Shown piece by piece: positions 44,780 through 52,958 of a stretch of DNA of 60,762 nt; positions within the stretch are counted from its first letter, which is position 1, and each line of letters starts with the position of its first letter. The notes beneath the pieces are model-generated. The model did not search any database and had not been told where the DNA came from. It was given only the letters and a program-made list of their open reading frames with translations. Source of the DNA: Candidatus Hadarchaeales archaeon (lineage in GTDB: Archaea; Hadarchaeota; Hadarchaeia; Hadarchaeales; JAWBSP01); contig JAWBSP010000002.1 of NCBI GenBank assembly GCA_038842485.1, forward strand, positions 1 through 60,762, written 5' to 3'. Both the position numbers and the translations under genes were made by a program.

Positions 44780-45059
44780 CCTACCTATTTCCCTTTCCTG
44801 CGTCCTCCCTAAAACCCCCCGGATTTGATAGGTAGGACATTCTGGCAAGAATTTTCCGACTTTGCCAAAAAATGCAAAATTTTAAAATCAGATTAAAAAA
44901 TAGGCTAAAAATGTCCTTTTTCTCGGGAAAAAACGGGCCGAAATGGGGAAAGTTTCCCCCCCTTTTGGGGAGGGGTGAAGAAAGAAAGAGAGTTTAGGTA
45001 GGACGCCCAACTCTCCCTCTCTCTTAGGGAGGACATAATTTAGAGTGTCCTACCTATTT
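44780..45059. repeat. Array of six TAGGKAGGAC-type 10-mers (both orientations) flanking an AT-rich core
   Basis: Copies at 44780-87 (CCTACCTA, partial, reverse), 44802-11 (GTCCTCCCTA), 44829-38 (TAGGTAGGAC), 44995-45004 (TAGGTAGGAC), 45025-34 (TAGGGAGGAC) and 45047-56 (GTCCTACCTA). CCTACCTATTT also occurs as an 11-nt direct repeat at 44780 and 45049. The A/T-rich stretch spans about 44848-44935. Confidence 0.6.
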
Positions 45060-45076
45060 ACTTCAGGCCTCGAGTT

Positions 45077-45550
45077 TTACTCCTTGGAGAGGTAGACCTG
45101 CCCTGATCTAGCCACTTCTCTCAAGTAGGGAGAGAGTTCACGAACAGCCTCCTCCACTTTGAAGTGCTCACCGCTGAGTTCGGCCGTCGCCACGCCATCC
45201 TTGATCTCTATCATCTTACCTCCGGTACGCTCCAACTTTTCCACAAACTCCATGAGCTCCCTTTCCTCCATCCTCCTAGTTTTGAGGAGGGCGACCTCCC
45301 TGACTACGGCACGGCTTGGATCGATAATTTCAACTTGTATGATCGGGATCAGTCTTTCCAGTACTTTCCTCATGTGTTCGGCCGTCTGATCCTCTGCCTG
45401 AAAGCTAAGGATGATGCGTGCGAGGCCGGAAGGTTCGATTCCCACGGTGATCGAGTCAATGTTTATCTGCCTGCGCGTGAAGCATCTGGAGACTCTCATC
45501 ATCACTCCCGGGACGTTGTCGCACAGTATGGAAAAGATGTGTGTCTTCAT
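45077..45550 (-). CDS. ilvN: Acetolactate synthase small (regulatory, ACT-domain) subunit
   Basis: 'HIFSILCDNVPGVMMRVSRCFTRRQINIDSITVG' is an ACT domain. ATGA overlap with ilvB. Confidence 0.9.
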   Translation of the reverse strand: MKTHIFSILCDNVPGVMMRVSRCFTRRQINIDSITVGIEPSGLARIILSFQAEDQTAEHMRKVLERLIPIIQVEIIDPSRAVVREVALLKTRRMEERELMEFVEKLERTGGKMIEIKDGVATAELSGEHFKVEEAVRELSPYLREVARSGQVYLSKE

Positions 45551-47223
45551 GTCAGCATCTGGTCGAGCCTTCCCCCAGCCGGAACCATGGGGAGCACATG
45601 TTCATCTGGATCTATGGGAATATCCAGTACCGCTGGTTTCCCGCTGTCGATTGCCTCTTTTAGCTTTTCCCCGACCTCTCCAGGTCTCTCCGCCCTGTCA
45701 CCCCAGGCTCCGTAGGCCTCGGCTAGCCTTACAAAGTCCGGGGATTCGCCCAGATAGGTCTGCGATCTGCGCTTGCCGAAGAACAGATCCTGCCATTGCT
45801 TCACCATTCCCAGATATCGGTTGTTGAAGATGCAGTTGACCACCGCAATCTTGTTCACCACGCAGGTTGCGAGCTCCTGTGAGTTCATCAGGAAGCTCCC
45901 GTCGCCTGCAATGTTCACCACGGTGCACTCCGGTCTCGCGACTTTCGCCCCCATGGAAGCGGGGAACCCGAAGCCCATGGTTCCGAGCCCGCCGGAGGCT
46001 ATGAAGTGTCTGGGCTTCCTTACACAGTAAAAGTGTCCCGCCCACATCTCGCACTGCCCGACCTCGGTGACCACGATGCCATCGGGTCCCAGCGTTTCCC
46101 CTATCTCCTTTATAACCCGCTGGGGTTTGAGGGGGACGTTATCATAATCCATCTTCGGCGCAAGCTCTCGCTTCATCTGCTGAATCCTTTTCCCCCACTC
46201 CTCAACCTTCCCCTTCTGCCATCTGGAAACCAAGGCCTCGATGAGCTTACGGAGGGCCCGCTTGGCATCCGCCCTTATGGCAACCTCCGGCTTCACTATT
46301 TTCCCCAGCTCCACGGGATCCACATCAATGTGAATGATCTTCGCCCTCGGAGCAAAGAATCTTACATCACCGGTTGAGCGGTCGCTGAACCTTGTCCCCA
46401 CCGCAAGCAGGAGGTCGCACTCGGTCACAGCCAAGTTCGCTGCCATCCTCCCATGCATCCCCAGCATTCCAAGGGAGAGCGGGTGATCCTCTGGAATGCT
46501 CCCCTTTCCCTGTAAGGTGGTGACTACTGGAGCCCCAAGCAGTTCGGCCAGCTCTACCAGCTCCTGCGAAGCATTTGAGAGAATGACTCCTCCACCAGCC
46601 ATGATGAGGGGACGCTCCGCCTTCACGAGTAGGTTGACGGCCTGCAGGATCTCGTAGGGTTTGGGTTCGAGGCGGATGTACTTGTTTATCTCCACCTTTG
46701 CCGGTATTTCTACCTCCGCCTTGGCCGTCTGGACGTTCCTTGGAAGATCGATGTGCACGGGTCCTGGTCTCCCACTGGTGGCGATGAGGAAGGCCTGTCG
46801 GACAATCTTGGGCAGATCCTCCACTCGCTGGACGATGAAGTTGTGCTTGGTGATGGGGAGCATCACGCTCAGCATGTCGGCCTCTTGGAAGGCATCCAAG
46901 CCTAGAAGGCTTGTACTCACTTGACCTGAGATGGCGATTACGGGGGAGGAGTCCATGTAAGCATTTAAAATTCCAGTCACCAGATTGGTCGCTCCGGGTC
47001 CGGAGGTAGTCACGCAAACTCCCGGCTTTCCCGAGGCCCGAGCATAACCATCGGCGGCGTGGGCGGCGGCCTGCTCATGTCTCACCAGAATGTGTTGGAG
47101 TTCCGTTTCCGAGTAAAGGACATCGTAGGCGTGGATGATGGCTCCGCCGGGGATTCCGAACATGTGTTTCACACCCTCAGCCTTCAGACACTTCCACAGG
47201 ATTTCGGAACCGGTGAGCTCCAT
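45547..47223 (-). CDS. ilvB: Acetolactate synthase large subunit (ThDP-dependent)
   Basis: 'GSEILWKCLKAEGVKHMFGIPGGAI', the ThDP motif 'GDGSFLMNSQELAT...NN' and 558 aa length. Confidence 0.95.
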   Translation of the reverse strand: MELTGSEILWKCLKAEGVKHMFGIPGGAIIHAYDVLYSETELQHILVRHEQAAAHAADGYARASGKPGVCVTTSGPGATNLVTGILNAYMDSSPVIAISGQVSTSLLGLDAFQEADMLSVMLPITKHNFIVQRVEDLPKIVRQAFLIATSGRPGPVHIDLPRNVQTAKAEVEIPAKVEINKYIRLEPKPYEILQAVNLLVKAERPLIMAGGGVILSNASQELVELAELLGAPVVTTLQGKGSIPEDHPLSLGMLGMHGRMAANLAVTECDLLLAVGTRFSDRSTGDVRFFAPRAKIIHIDVDPVELGKIVKPEVAIRADAKRALRKLIEALVSRWQKGKVEEWGKRIQQMKRELAPKMDYDNVPLKPQRVIKEIGETLGPDGIVVTEVGQCEMWAGHFYCVRKPRHFIASGGLGTMGFGFPASMGAKVARPECTVVNIAGDGSFLMNSQELATCVVNKIAVVNCIFNNRYLGMVKQWQDLFFGKRRSQTYLGESPDFVRLAEAYGAWGDRAERPGEVGEKLKEAIDSGKPAVLDIPIDPDEHVLPMVPAGGRLDQMLT

Positions 47224-47267
47224 TCTGGATTACACCCTCTCCTTCATTATAACCACCCCAAGAAGAC

Positions 47268-47284
47268 CACCGTTTCAAACGGTG
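47268..47284. promoter_or_regulatory. Palindrome CACCGTTT-C-AAACGGTG upstream of ilvB
   Basis: 8+8 perfect inverted repeat, 45-61 nt upstream of the ilvB ATG. It lies just distal to a TTATAA (TATA-like) element at about 47245-47250. Confidence 0.3.
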
Positions 47285-47446
47285 ATGAATTGAGGTTTTC
47301 CTGATATACTCCTGAATCGTTTCCGCCGAGACGTGGCCTTGGGGCAGGTCTCCAAGGTGGGGCTGTCGTGAGCCAGCCTTAACTGGGGCAGTGCCACTCA
47401 GCGGACCTGGCAACGTAGTTCAATATCGACCCCAGAAGCCACCTAA

Positions 47447-48157
47447 CTAGTTGTGGTGGTTCACTCTTGCTAGGACCGAGACCCGGTATCTCCTTCTTCC
47501 TCCCCTCGAGCCCACCAGCTTGGCGGTTTCGGAGAGTTGGGCCCCATGTTTGGTCCTCAATAGCCTGCCAAGCCTTCTGGCCAGTTCCACCGAACTGAGG
47601 TAATAGTCTAGACCGCCCTCGACCTCCTCCACTCTGGTTATGAAGAGCCTACCGTCCTCCTTGCTGGTTTTCGAGACCTCCTCTTCCAGCAGCTTCCTCA
47701 CATTCTCGAGATTTTTTCCCCGCACCTGCAGGATGGCCTCGTAATAGCCGCCGGATTTCAGTCTACAGATTCTGCACGTCTCTTTCTTTATGGGAAGGCT
47801 GGTTTGGAGGAATCCCACCTCAGGCTGGAGGGATCTCACCTGTATTCTCACCTCCCCCCTTCTTTTTTCAGCCTCCACCTTCACTTGGGCCCCAATCTCC
47901 CCCGCCTTCACGAACTCCATAGCACCACTCTCAAAGCTCGCTACCTCTAGGTGAGAGAAAACGATCTGCCTCACTCCCTCTTGGAACTCGAGCCAATGTC
48001 CCCCAACTTTAACTGCACCGCACCTAGGGCATTCCACCAGCTCGAGCTTAGGGAGTCGCAGGGATGGCTGGGCAGAGAGGCAGGAGCGGCAGAGTCCGCC
48101 GATTAGCGGGTTTTCTTCTGACTCAGTTGATCCGCACTTGTAGCAGAACCTCCTCAC
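47447..48157 (-). CDS. NMD3-family protein (archaeal homologue of the 60S export adaptor)
   Basis: 'FCYKCGS......GLCRSC....CPRCG' N-terminal zinc clusters, plus 'CRIC' and a C-terminal OB-like region. Confidence 0.8.
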   Translation of the reverse strand: MRRFCYKCGSTESEENPLIGGLCRSCLSAQPSLRLPKLELVECPRCGAVKVGGHWLEFQEGVRQIVFSHLEVASFESGAMEFVKAGEIGAQVKVEAEKRRGEVRIQVRSLQPEVGFLQTSLPIKKETCRICRLKSGGYYEAILQVRGKNLENVRKLLEEEVSKTSKEDGRLFITRVEEVEGGLDYYLSSVELARRLGRLLRTKHGAQLSETAKLVGSRGGRRRYRVSVLARVNHHN

Positions 48158-48447
48158 TTCATCTTCACCATCATGGCGTGTGGAACACCCTGAACTCGCA
48201 CGACCTTCTTGGGATCTATAAGTCCCTCACTTATAGCCCGCTCTACGACCGACCCCACCAAGTTTGCGATGGTTGCCTCCCTTATCATCCTCATACACTC
48301 CTCCAAGCTGGCCTCCCTACCCTGATAGAATTTCTCGTCCACCTTCAGGACCAGCTTCCCTTCCCTGAACTCCCTGCCCAGCAGCTCAGCATCGCAGACA
48401 ATCACCAAAACCTCCTCACCCACTTGGAGCACCCTGAGTCTTGGCAT
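48154..48447 (-). CDS. DUF424 family protein
   Basis: 'VIVCDAELLGREFREGKLVLKVDEKFYQG....ANLVGSVVERAISEGLI....VQGVPHA' matches the DUF424 pattern. Confidence 0.7.
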   Translation of the reverse strand: MPRLRVLQVGEEVLVIVCDAELLGREFREGKLVLKVDEKFYQGREASLEECMRMIREATIANLVGSVVERAISEGLIDPKKVVRVQGVPHAMMVKMK

Positions 48448-48854
48448 CAGATGTTCCTCACGACCGTCCTCGCCCCGCAGGCCTCACACTGAAGGAGGGT
48501 CACCCCCTCCCGCTTTATTAGCTTCGTATCGGGCCTCTTACACTCCCTGCAGAAGATAAATTCCTCTAGGTAGGAGTCCAGTTTCTGCTTGATGGTCGGC
48601 AGGGCGAACCTCCCCTGTACGACGAGCTGTTCCCCGCTTTGGCTCCCAGCCGCCCCAAGCTCCCTAAGCAAGTACTTTTCCAGATGCTTCTCCTCTCTGT
48701 TTAGGGCGGTACAGAGGTTCCTGAAGTTTCTCAGGATTGTTCTCCCCCCAACCTGGATGACCTCGGGCTCGGGAACTTGGAACCTGCTCCGGTCGAAGGC
48801 TATCTTGGGAACCTGTTCGAGGGCGCGTTTTAGGAGCTGCTCGTAGGGCTCCAT
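48447..48854 (-). CDS. eif2b: Translation initiation factor 2 subunit beta (aIF2-beta)
   Basis: 'YEQLLKRALEQVP....RFQVPEPEV...GRTILRNF' and C-terminal zinc ribbon 'CRECKRPDT...CEACGA'. Confidence 0.9.
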   Translation of the reverse strand: MEPYEQLLKRALEQVPKIAFDRSRFQVPEPEVIQVGGRTILRNFRNLCTALNREEKHLEKYLLRELGAAGSQSGEQLVVQGRFALPTIKQKLDSYLEEFIFCRECKRPDTKLIKREGVTLLQCEACGARTVVRNI

Positions 48855-49492
48855 CAGATCCTCCTGAACCTTCCGGGCTGGACCTCGTAGATGCTTCCCA
48901 GCGCTAGCAATCTCCTTATTCCCTCCTCAACCTCCGGCCGGGAAAGTTTCAGTTCCCTGGCGATCTCCTCGGCGGATACCCCACTCCCCCGGTCCAGCCT
49001 CACGATGGTCTCCTCCACCCTGCTTTCAACTCCTACCTCCAGCACCTCCACTGGCGGTACCTCCTTTTTGGGTCTTGGGAGCAAACCCGTGTTTAGCAGC
49101 TTCTTTCTGGCTCTCACCAGCTCCAGCAACCGGAGAGTTTCTAGGTTTGGATCCTCCACTCTCATCACCAGCTCAGGTTGCAGATAGATCTCGCCCGAAA
49201 ATTCCTTGACCTTACCTATCACATCTAGGAGGCTCCCTATCTCATACTTCTCCAACTTCTTCATGTCTTCCCCCCACGCTCTGAGACTGATCACCCCCGT
49301 TCCGTCATCCAGATAAAGAAAACAGTAGCGCTCCTCCTCCAGCGTCTTGTCCACCACCGTCCCCAGAACCCTGACTCTCGAGGCCTTCTCACCCCAAAGG
49401 GTGACGATATGTGCTGGCTCCTCCTCTGTAGCTTCCCTGTACTCACCCTGTTGCAGGTCTTCAATCAGCACTTTTCTGGCAGGGGTCCACAT
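48854..49492 (-). CDS. OB-fold protein with C-terminal winged-helix (RPA32/Stn1-like architecture)
   Basis: 'VRVLGTVVDKT..ERYCFLYLDDGTGVISLRAWGED....GSLLDVIGKVKEFSGEIYLQPE' is OB-fold-like. The C-terminal 'VSAEEIARELKLSRPEVEEGIRRLLALGSIYE' is wHTH-like. Functional name is an inference. Confidence 0.55.
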   Translation of the reverse strand: MWTPARKVLIEDLQQGEYREATEEEPAHIVTLWGEKASRVRVLGTVVDKTLEEERYCFLYLDDGTGVISLRAWGEDMKKLEKYEIGSLLDVIGKVKEFSGEIYLQPELVMRVEDPNLETLRLLELVRARKKLLNTGLLPRPKKEVPPVEVLEVGVESRVEETIVRLDRGSGVSAEEIARELKLSRPEVEEGIRRLLALGSIYEVQPGRFRRI

Positions 49493-49594
49493 CCGGTTTT
49501 TTCACCGAGTTGCATAAATCGAGTTTGTAACCATATCCCCCGAGCCGTTTCAAATTTGTCCTCTCAATCATAGACTAACTCTATCGCATGAATT

Positions 49595-49610
49595 GTGCAC
49601 ACGTGTGCAC
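49595..49610. promoter_or_regulatory. 16-bp perfect palindrome GTGCACACGTGTGCAC in divergent promoter region
   Basis: Read directly. Lies between the OB-fold gene (start 49492, minus strand) and cgi121 (ATG 49659, plus strand). Confidence 0.4.
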
Positions 49611-49658
49611 TCGGGCAACCTGTTGTTACGGTTTTTGACGGCAATTCCACAGGTTGAT

Positions 49659-50174
49659 ATGGAATTCTTTCGTTTCCGGGGTGCGGTGGTCGCGGTTGTA
49701 GGGGGAAGGGCGAAAGGGATGAGCGCCCAAGAGGTCCTTGAGAGGTTCTCGGCCACGAGGGAGGGGACGGTAGTTCAGCTTTTCGATGCCAAGAGGGTAG
49801 CTGGGAAGGAGCATCTTCTGCATGCCACCAACCTCGCCCTGCTATCCTGGGAGAGGGGGGAGAGATTTGCTGAAGATCCCTCCCTAGACCTACTCTGCTG
49901 GGTGGCGGCCGACAGGCAAATCGGGACGGCCCTTAAGCGGGTGGGCATAACCCCAGAAACTACGGCCTTAGCTGTGTTGGTGGTGGGGAGAGACCAAGCC
50001 TCGGTGGAGTCCGTGGTTAGGGAAGTGGAGCGGTACTTGGAAAGGGATGATGAGGTGATAGGGGGAGAAAGAGAGGAACTCGTGGGGGCTTTCGACCTGC
50101 CCGCCGGAACCCGTGCCGAGGAGGTGGAGAAGCTGGTGAAGGAGAAGATTGCTCTCCTCGAGCTGGCTAAATGA
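49659..50174 (+). CDS. cgi121: KEOPS complex subunit Cgi121
   Basis: 'VQLFDAKRVAGKEHLLHATNLALLSWERGERFAEDPSLDLLCWVAADRQIGTALKRVGI' is the archaeal Cgi121 pattern. ATG at 49659 chosen. Confidence 0.7.
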   Translation: MEFFRFRGAVVAVVGGRAKGMSAQEVLERFSATREGTVVQLFDAKRVAGKEHLLHATNLALLSWERGERFAEDPSLDLLCWVAADRQIGTALKRVGITPETTALAVLVVGRDQASVESVVREVERYLERDDEVIGGEREELVGAFDLPAGTRAEEVEKLVKEKIALLELAK

Positions 50175-50695
50175 GGCTGTTGGTGACCTGTAAGAACTTC
50201 CTCAGCTCCAAACAAACTTACCTCGCCATTAAGCGGGTGCTCCCAAGGGCAGAAGTGCGCGGTAGCGGTTTTAAGGGAGTCTTCTTGGTGGAGGTGGAAG
50301 GGGATCCCTTCGAGGCCGCTAAGGCACTCAACCGTTGCTCCGCGGTTGGGAGGGCCGTTCCGCTCTTGGTGGAGGTGGCGAGCGATGTGGAGAGCGTGAA
50401 ACAGGCGGCCCTGCGGGTGAGCGAGCTCCTCTCTCCCGCTGAGAGCTTTTGCTTCAGGTTGTACAAGAGGGGGGCCCATAAACTGGATAAACCCACACCA
50501 GAGATAGAGCGCGAGGTGGGAGCGGCGATCCAGATGGAGGTGGAGCGGAGGAAGGGGAGGAGACCGGAGGTGGATCTAGAAAACCCAGATGTGGAGATTT
50601 CGGCTGAAGTTCTCGGGCCAGTGACTCACGTGGGGATTCTTAGGGAAAGCTGGAGGATCAAGCCTCGGGGACCCCCGCCTCGGCCAGCCTCCTGA
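50171..50695 (+). CDS. THUMP-domain RNA-binding protein
   Basis: Ferredoxin-like N-terminal half, then 'FCFRLYKRGAHKLDKPTPEIEREVGAAI....VDLENPDVEISAEVLG' (THUMP pattern). Overlaps the cgi121 stop. Confidence 0.65.
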   Translation: MRLLVTCKNFLSSKQTYLAIKRVLPRAEVRGSGFKGVFLVEVEGDPFEAAKALNRCSAVGRAVPLLVEVASDVESVKQAALRVSELLSPAESFCFRLYKRGAHKLDKPTPEIEREVGAAIQMEVERRKGRRPEVDLENPDVEISAEVLGPVTHVGILRESWRIKPRGPPPRPAS

Positions 50696-51839
50696 CCTTT
50701 TCGATTCCCGCGTAGGAGCCACGTAGTACGAGCCGGTCTCCAACCAGAATCTTGGTCCTCGCGCTTGGGGTGTAGATGAACTCTTCCCCTCTCTCGAGGA
50801 AGAGAATGTAGGTTCCGGTGGTGGCCCAGAGATTCAGCTCCCCTACCGTTCGGTTCTCCAGGACGGAACCGGGCTTCACCTGGATTCTGGAGATTTTTTC
50901 GTCCGTTTCTTCCACCACCTCCGCGAGCACGGGATGGGGCTCGATTCCCCTCACCATGAGGTCGGCGATGAGGTCTGCCGAGTCGGTGATTCGCTCAAGA
51001 TACCTCACGGTCTCCAGCATGCTCGCCAGTTCCTTCTCCCCTTTCTTGGCCAGCTTGAGGGTTTCGGCCCAGAGTTTATAGCTCAGTCTGTCAAACTTCT
51101 CCTCTATCTCCCCCACCAGTTGCGCCGGTTCTGGCAGGTTGAGCAGGACGGAAGAGTAGGCCAAGTCGACGGAGAGGAGGGCAGCATCTCTCATCTTAGC
51201 AAGGGTTTTCCTGATGGTCCTGAATTTAGCCGAGGGTGAGGGTGGTTTGAAGGTTTCCCCGCACATTTTGCAGACTTTCCGGAGACCCTCCAAGGGGCCC
51301 TTCACCACCAGCAGGTCGTTCGGCTCGGGGATGGTATCCTTGTTGGGGATTTCATAGCTCTCCCCCCTCTTGATGGCCAGCACCCAGACCCCCAGCGTGG
51401 AGGGAAGCTTCGAATCTCCAAGTCTTTGGTTGGCTAGGTGGGAGCCCTCCCTTATCTTTATCTTGGCCAGTTTCTCGCTCGCCGAGGCCAGTGCGTCCTT
51501 GAGCAGTGGGTGCACCCCCATCCGCTTGAGCACAGGGGTTATCAGGTCGCCGCAGGCGTTGGAAATGTTTTCCGCACTGACGGCGATCTGCAGGAGCCCA
51601 ACCAGCCGCTTTGCCTCCTCCCGGCTCCGGGAAACCACCGCCGCGCACTGGAAGAACTGATAGCTGAGCTCGTCCATCCTCTCCTCCAGCCTTCGTACGA
51701 GGTTGGCGAGCTCCTCATCCTCAAAGTAAAGGGAGGCGAGCGCGAGGTCAACCATCCGATCCGAGTTGTCCTTTATTTCAACGAGGAGCTCCCGGATGGA
51801 TTTGGGACCTTCCGCCATCCAAAAGTTTTGGGGTTTCAA
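50658..51839 (-). CDS. PhoU-like / TrkA-C (RCK_C) tandem-domain regulatory protein
   Basis: Two repeats of a PhoU-like helical segment followed by a TrkA_C-like segment ('IREGSHLANQRLGDSKLPSTLGVWVLAIKRGE', 'VKPGSVLENRTVGELNLWATTGTYILFLERGE'). The start may be the Met at 51818. Confidence 0.7.
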   Translation of the reverse strand: MKPQNFWMAEGPKSIRELLVEIKDNSDRMVDLALASLYFEDEELANLVRRLEERMDELSYQFFQCAAVVSRSREEAKRLVGLLQIAVSAENISNACGDLITPVLKRMGVHPLLKDALASASEKLAKIKIREGSHLANQRLGDSKLPSTLGVWVLAIKRGESYEIPNKDTIPEPNDLLVVKGPLEGLRKVCKMCGETFKPPSPSAKFRTIRKTLAKMRDAALLSVDLAYSSVLLNLPEPAQLVGEIEEKFDRLSYKLWAETLKLAKKGEKELASMLETVRYLERITDSADLIADLMVRGIEPHPVLAEVVEETDEKISRIQVKPGSVLENRTVGELNLWATTGTYILFLERGEEFIYTPSARTKILVGDRLVLRGSYAGIEKVRRLAEAGVPEA

Positions 51840-51855
51840 CTTTATTAGGGTCGGA

Positions 51856-52581
51856 TTGGGGATCAGATTGGTCGTGGCGGAGGACTACGAGGAGCTGAGT
51901 AGGAGGGCCTCTCAATACCTTGCCGACTTCATCCGGAGACCCAGAGTGGTTCTGGGTCTGGCCACGGGAGCCACGCCCATCGGCACCTATCGGGAGCTGG
52001 TGAGAATGTATAGAGAGGGGCTAGATTTTGGAGGGGTGGTGACCTTCAATCTCGACGAATTCGCCCTTCCGCCGGATCACCCTGCAAGCTGTCGTCGCTT
52101 CATGGAGGAGCACCTCTTCCGGTGGGTGAACATAAAAAGGGAGAACATTCACTTCTTGGACGGCATGGCGGAGGATCCGAGGGGGGAGTGCGAGAGGTAT
52201 GAGGAGGAGATAAGAAGAGAGGGCGGGATAGACCTTCAGTTGCTTGGGATAGGGCGCGACGGTCACATAGCCCTCAACGGTCCGGGAACACCCTTCGACT
52301 CTAGGACGCGCCCCGTGAGCCTTCCCGATCGAATGAGGAGCGAACTCGCACGATCTCTCGGCTCCCCCGACGAGGTACCGCACTGGGGCCTGACCGTTGG
52401 GATAGCCACCATCATGGAAGCTAAGGAAATTCTCTTGCTGGCTAGCGGGGAGGAGAAGGCGGAGGCCGTTGCGAAGGCCTTGGAGGGTCCCGTTACCCCT
52501 GAGTTGCCGGCATCCGTCCTCCAGCTTCACCCCCGCTGCACTTTCATTGTCGATAGGGCCTGCGCCTCTGGGTTTAGATGA
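51856..52581 (+). CDS. nagB: Glucosamine-6-phosphate deaminase/isomerase (NagB family); TTG/GTG start uncertain
   Basis: 'VVLGLATGATPIGTYRELV', 'VVTFNLDEF' and 'DLQLLGIGRDGHIALN' are NagB/6-PGL family motifs. Confidence 0.8.
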   Translation: MGIRLVVAEDYEELSRRASQYLADFIRRPRVVLGLATGATPIGTYRELVRMYREGLDFGGVVTFNLDEFALPPDHPASCRRFMEEHLFRWVNIKRENIHFLDGMAEDPRGECERYEEEIRREGGIDLQLLGIGRDGHIALNGPGTPFDSRTRPVSLPDRMRSELARSLGSPDEVPHWGLTVGIATIMEAKEILLLASGEEKAEAVAKALEGPVTPELPASVLQLHPRCTFIVDRACASGFR

Positions 52582-52720
52582 TTTCCACGAGCTCCTCCGG
52601 AAGCGAAATCTCGATGGGCTTTCCGCAGCTCTTACACCTTGGCCGGTTCTCCACCGCCACTCTCACGGGAACCAGTGTGGAGAAGCAGGATGGGCACCGG
52701 AGTCCCTCGAGGGAGAGCAT
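52574..52720 (-). CDS. 48-aa zinc-ribbon protein (not in ORF track)
   Basis: Hand translation gives 'MLSLEGLRCPSCFSTLVPVRVAVENRPRCKSCGKPIEISLPEELVEII*' with a CPxC-x16-CxxC pattern. Its 3' end overlaps nagB convergently by 8 nt. No family assigned. Confidence 0.4.
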   Translation of the reverse strand: MLSLEGLRCPSCFSTLVPVRVAVENRPRCKSCGKPIEISLPEELVEII

Positions 52721-52958
52721 CCTCACGTTAGGTTCCTCCTCTTGGAAGAGACACGGATGACAAAGTTGCGAAAGGATGTCGGTGGCATTCTCCTCCTTTT
52801 CCTATGGTTCCCACTTCTCCCCGATTTGTGAACACCCATCGAGGGATTTCTAGCAGGCCTCCCTTTTAAAGCGGAAAAAGGTTACACCCTTCGGAACCGG
52901 CGCAACTGTAAGGGGTCTACGGTGATCATTTAACCAGTGAGCGGGAAATCTTGAGTCC

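Noticed and set aside
44780-45059. MITE / transposon-remnant interpretation of the repeat array.
   Set aside because: The outermost 11-mers (CCTACCTATTT) are direct rather than inverted. I see no target-site duplication or transposase remnant. It is retained as a repeat/regulatory/origin-like finding instead.
47282-47315. C/D-box sRNA-like arrangement GTGATGA-N12-CTGA-N7-CTGA upstream of ilvB.
   Set aside because: It is only about 34 nt long, has no C' box (UGAUGA) and has no second 12-nt guide. The C-like box also overlaps the palindrome arm. It is too incomplete to call an sRNA.
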